A DNA stretch of 64,000 nt from Candidatus Kapaibacterium sp. (GTDB taxonomy: Bacteria; Bacteroidota; Ignavibacteria; Kapaibacteriales; UBA2268): the NCBI GenBank assembly GCA_963665665.1, contig OY762428.1, positions 2,496,001 through 2,560,000 of the forward strand. Direction: 5' to 3'. Position 1 is the stretch's first letter. Every line of letters starts with the position of its first letter. The notes beneath the pieces are model-generated. The model did not search any database and was not told where the DNA came from. It saw only the letters and a program-made list of their open reading frames with translations. This document shows positions 62,570-64,000 of the stretch, one piece after another. The translations under genes and the position numbers were made by a program.

Positions 62570-62602
62570 AGATGTTCAACACCTTGAAGGTGTTGAACAT
62601 CT
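62570..62602. repeat. Perfect 16-bp inverted repeat (REP-like)
   Basis: AGATGTTCAACACCTT-G-AAGGTGTTGAACATCT, no U tract. Confidence 0.85.
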
Positions 62603-62777
62603 AAGCCGGGAGGATCAAATAAAAAACAATTTGAATATCCTCATATTTCAGAATGATAGTTTTGTTCTTTGATCAGAAATAATACTCAAATATGTTGTTT
62701 ATTTGAAAAATTTAATAATAATGAAGTATAATCAAAATTTATTATCTTCGTTTTAATAACAAAAAGAAAAGGCAAAT

Positions 62778-62993
62778 ATGAAAAAAGAAATTGAATTCGA
62801 TTACATGATCTGGCGCGAGGGAAAATACTATGTATCAAGATGCCTTAATATTGAACTATCATCATTTGGCAATACCAGGGAAGAAGCGCTGAAAAATCTG
62901 AAAGAAGCCCTGGAACTTTATCTTGAAGATAATATATCAGAATTAATCAAGATAAGTGATTTTTCTTATGGCCGGGAAACTGTTAATGCCTAA
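62778..62993 (+). CDS. Short HicB-family antitoxin
   Basis: EGKYYVSRC..ELSSFG.TREEAL.NL.EALELY. Confidence 0.88.
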   Translation: MKKEIEFDYMIWREGKYYVSRCLNIELSSFGNTREEALKNLKEALELYLEDNISELIKISDFSYGRETVNA

Positions 62994-63213
62994 ATTATAT
63001 TCATCTGTTGAAATACAGAAAGTTCTTTTTATACTGGGATTTTCTTTTATAAGCCAAAAAGGCTCACATGCAAAATTCCGGGATGATACCGGAAATATTG
63101 TGATATTGCCGATGAATAAGAAAGAAATTCCTGAGGGCACGCTGCACAGTATTTTAAAGCAATCAAATATCAGCAAAACAAAATTCAAATCACTTCTAAA
63201 ATCTAAAAAATAA
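62986..63213 (+). CDS. HicA-family toxin
   Basis: MPKLYSS..I.K.L..LGF..ISQKGSH.KF...VILP..KEIP.GTL.SILKQS. Confidence 0.88.
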   Translation: MPKLYSSVEIQKVLFILGFSFISQKGSHAKFRDDTGNIVILPMNKKEIPEGTLHSILKQSNISKTKFKSLLKSKK

Positions 63214-63234
63214 TCATGATTTCCCCTCATTCCA

Positions 63235-63347
63235 CTTCTTACCAAGTTGTACTTGGTAATGTAGCTTTTCTGAGAAGCTGTGCTTCATAATTTCAAAGTA
63301 CAACTTTTTAGGAAATTTACCTTCTCAAGCAGGGGCTTGGGAAGGAG
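63235..63347. mobile_element. MITE/REPIN-like composite palindromic element
   Basis: Terminal hairpins TTACCAAGT-tgt-ACTTGGTAA and CCTTCTCAAGC-aggg-GCTTGGGAAGG; internal GAAGC-tgt-GCTTC and AAAGT-aca-ACTTT; imperfect terminal inverted repeats. Confidence 0.6.
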
Positions 63348-63424
63348 AAAAAATTATATTATTTTATTCTTTCAATCAGAATAATTATCTTACGTCAAAA
63401 ATTAGAAAAGGAGAATCAGGAACA

Positions 63425-63628
63425 ATGGAATCATTACTAATAACTCCCGGAAATAAAAAAGAAATGGCAATTATTCTGAATTTTATTGAGAAAATGAAAG
63501 TTCGTTCAAGACTTCTTTCTCAGGATGATTTGGAAGATATTGGAATGGCATATCTTATGAATCAGGCTGATAAAGACGATAAGGTTGCGGAAGAGGAAAT
63601 TCTCCGGGAACTAAATGATGGATGTTGA
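63425..63628 (+). CDS. Putative antitoxin
   Basis: 67 aa with acidic C-terminus (EDIGMAYLM..AD....V.EEEI); overlaps the relE-like gene. Confidence 0.7.
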   Translation: MESLLITPGNKKEMAIILNFIEKMKVRSRLLSQDDLEDIGMAYLMNQADKDDKVAEEEILRELNDGC

Positions 63629-63884
63629 ATTCCTCTCTGCATTTCATCGGGATATTAAAAAGATAAAATCCCGGGAAATTAAAAGAAGGCTGATTGAAAC
63701 AATTGCTATGATTAAATCGACAAAACATCCCCATGATATACCAAATTTGAAGAAAATGGCTATACTGCCAAACGCTTTCAGAATCCGAATAGGCGATTAT
63801 CGACTTGGTATTTTTATTGAATCAGAAAAAGTGATATTTGCAAGAATTGCTCACAGAAAAGATATTTATAAAATTTTCCCTTAA
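63615..63884 (+). CDS. RelE/StbE-family toxin
   Basis: F.RDIKK, LKKM, FRIRIGDYRLG, HRKDIY..FP. Confidence 0.9.
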   Translation: MMDVEFLSAFHRDIKKIKSREIKRRLIETIAMIKSTKHPHDIPNLKKMAILPNAFRIRIGDYRLGIFIESEKVIFARIAHRKDIYKIFP

Positions 63885-63915
63885 ATATTATTCCGCTAAT
63901 ATTATGGATATAAAC

Positions 63916-64000
63916 ATGAAAACAATATTACTGCTGTTCATTCTATTTTCTGCCACTAATATCTTTGCCCACAATGGCAAATGGACACGAATGCATCCTG
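63916..64000 (+). CDS. Second Kelch-repeat secreted protein, 5' end (truncated by window)
   Basis: MKTILLLFILFSATNIFAHNGKWTRMHP; 77/85 nt identical to the start of 61261-62562. Confidence 0.85.
   Translation, partial: MKTILLLFILFSATNIFAHNGKWTRMHP

Noticed and set aside
63884-63903. AATATTA-N6-TAATATT with dif-like geometry before the second Kelch gene
   Set aside because: The arms are all A/T and do not match XerC/XerD consensus; likely chance.
60245-64000. Classical integron (attC sites, intI) or CRISPR array
   Set aside because: No integrase or cas genes, no consistent RYYYAAC/GTTRRRY ends, and no regularly spaced identical repeats.
1-64000. tRNA or rRNA genes
   Set aside because: No cloverleaf or rRNA-like sequence recognised in any intergenic region.

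Overview
Bacterial chromosome segment, most consistent with an FCB-group organism (Kapabacteria/Ignavibacteria-like). The evidence is type IX secretion C-terminal domains, Bacteroidota-type TTTG-N18/19-TAnnTTTG promoters, and clear Shine-Dalgarno sites. Bases 1-30 kb are core translation/transcription genes: rplL(3' end)-rpoB-rpoC, an extra mitochondrial/spirochaete-type EF-G1, the str operon (rpsL-rpsG-a divergent EF-G-tuf), and the S10, spc and alpha clusters, with no rpsD in the alpha cluster. A LolD-like ATPase, a PAP2 phosphatase and a class II ribonucleotide reductase (nrdJ) follow. Bases 35.4-64 kb are accessory: seven complete T9SS cargo genes, an orphan CTD fragment, a partial eighth cargo gene, a PorE-like OmpA protein, four type II toxin-antitoxin modules (one with a nonsense-inactivated HicA), a BglII/BstYI-family restriction-modification pair, and many REP/MITE-like palindromes. 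Most notable: (1) an apparently sub-functionalised EF-G pair; (2) an RM cassette inside nested direct repeats of 18 bp and 180 bp; (3) a repeating TA-palindrome-Kelch/T9SS array at the right end. All family calls come from motif reading by eye, with no database searches.
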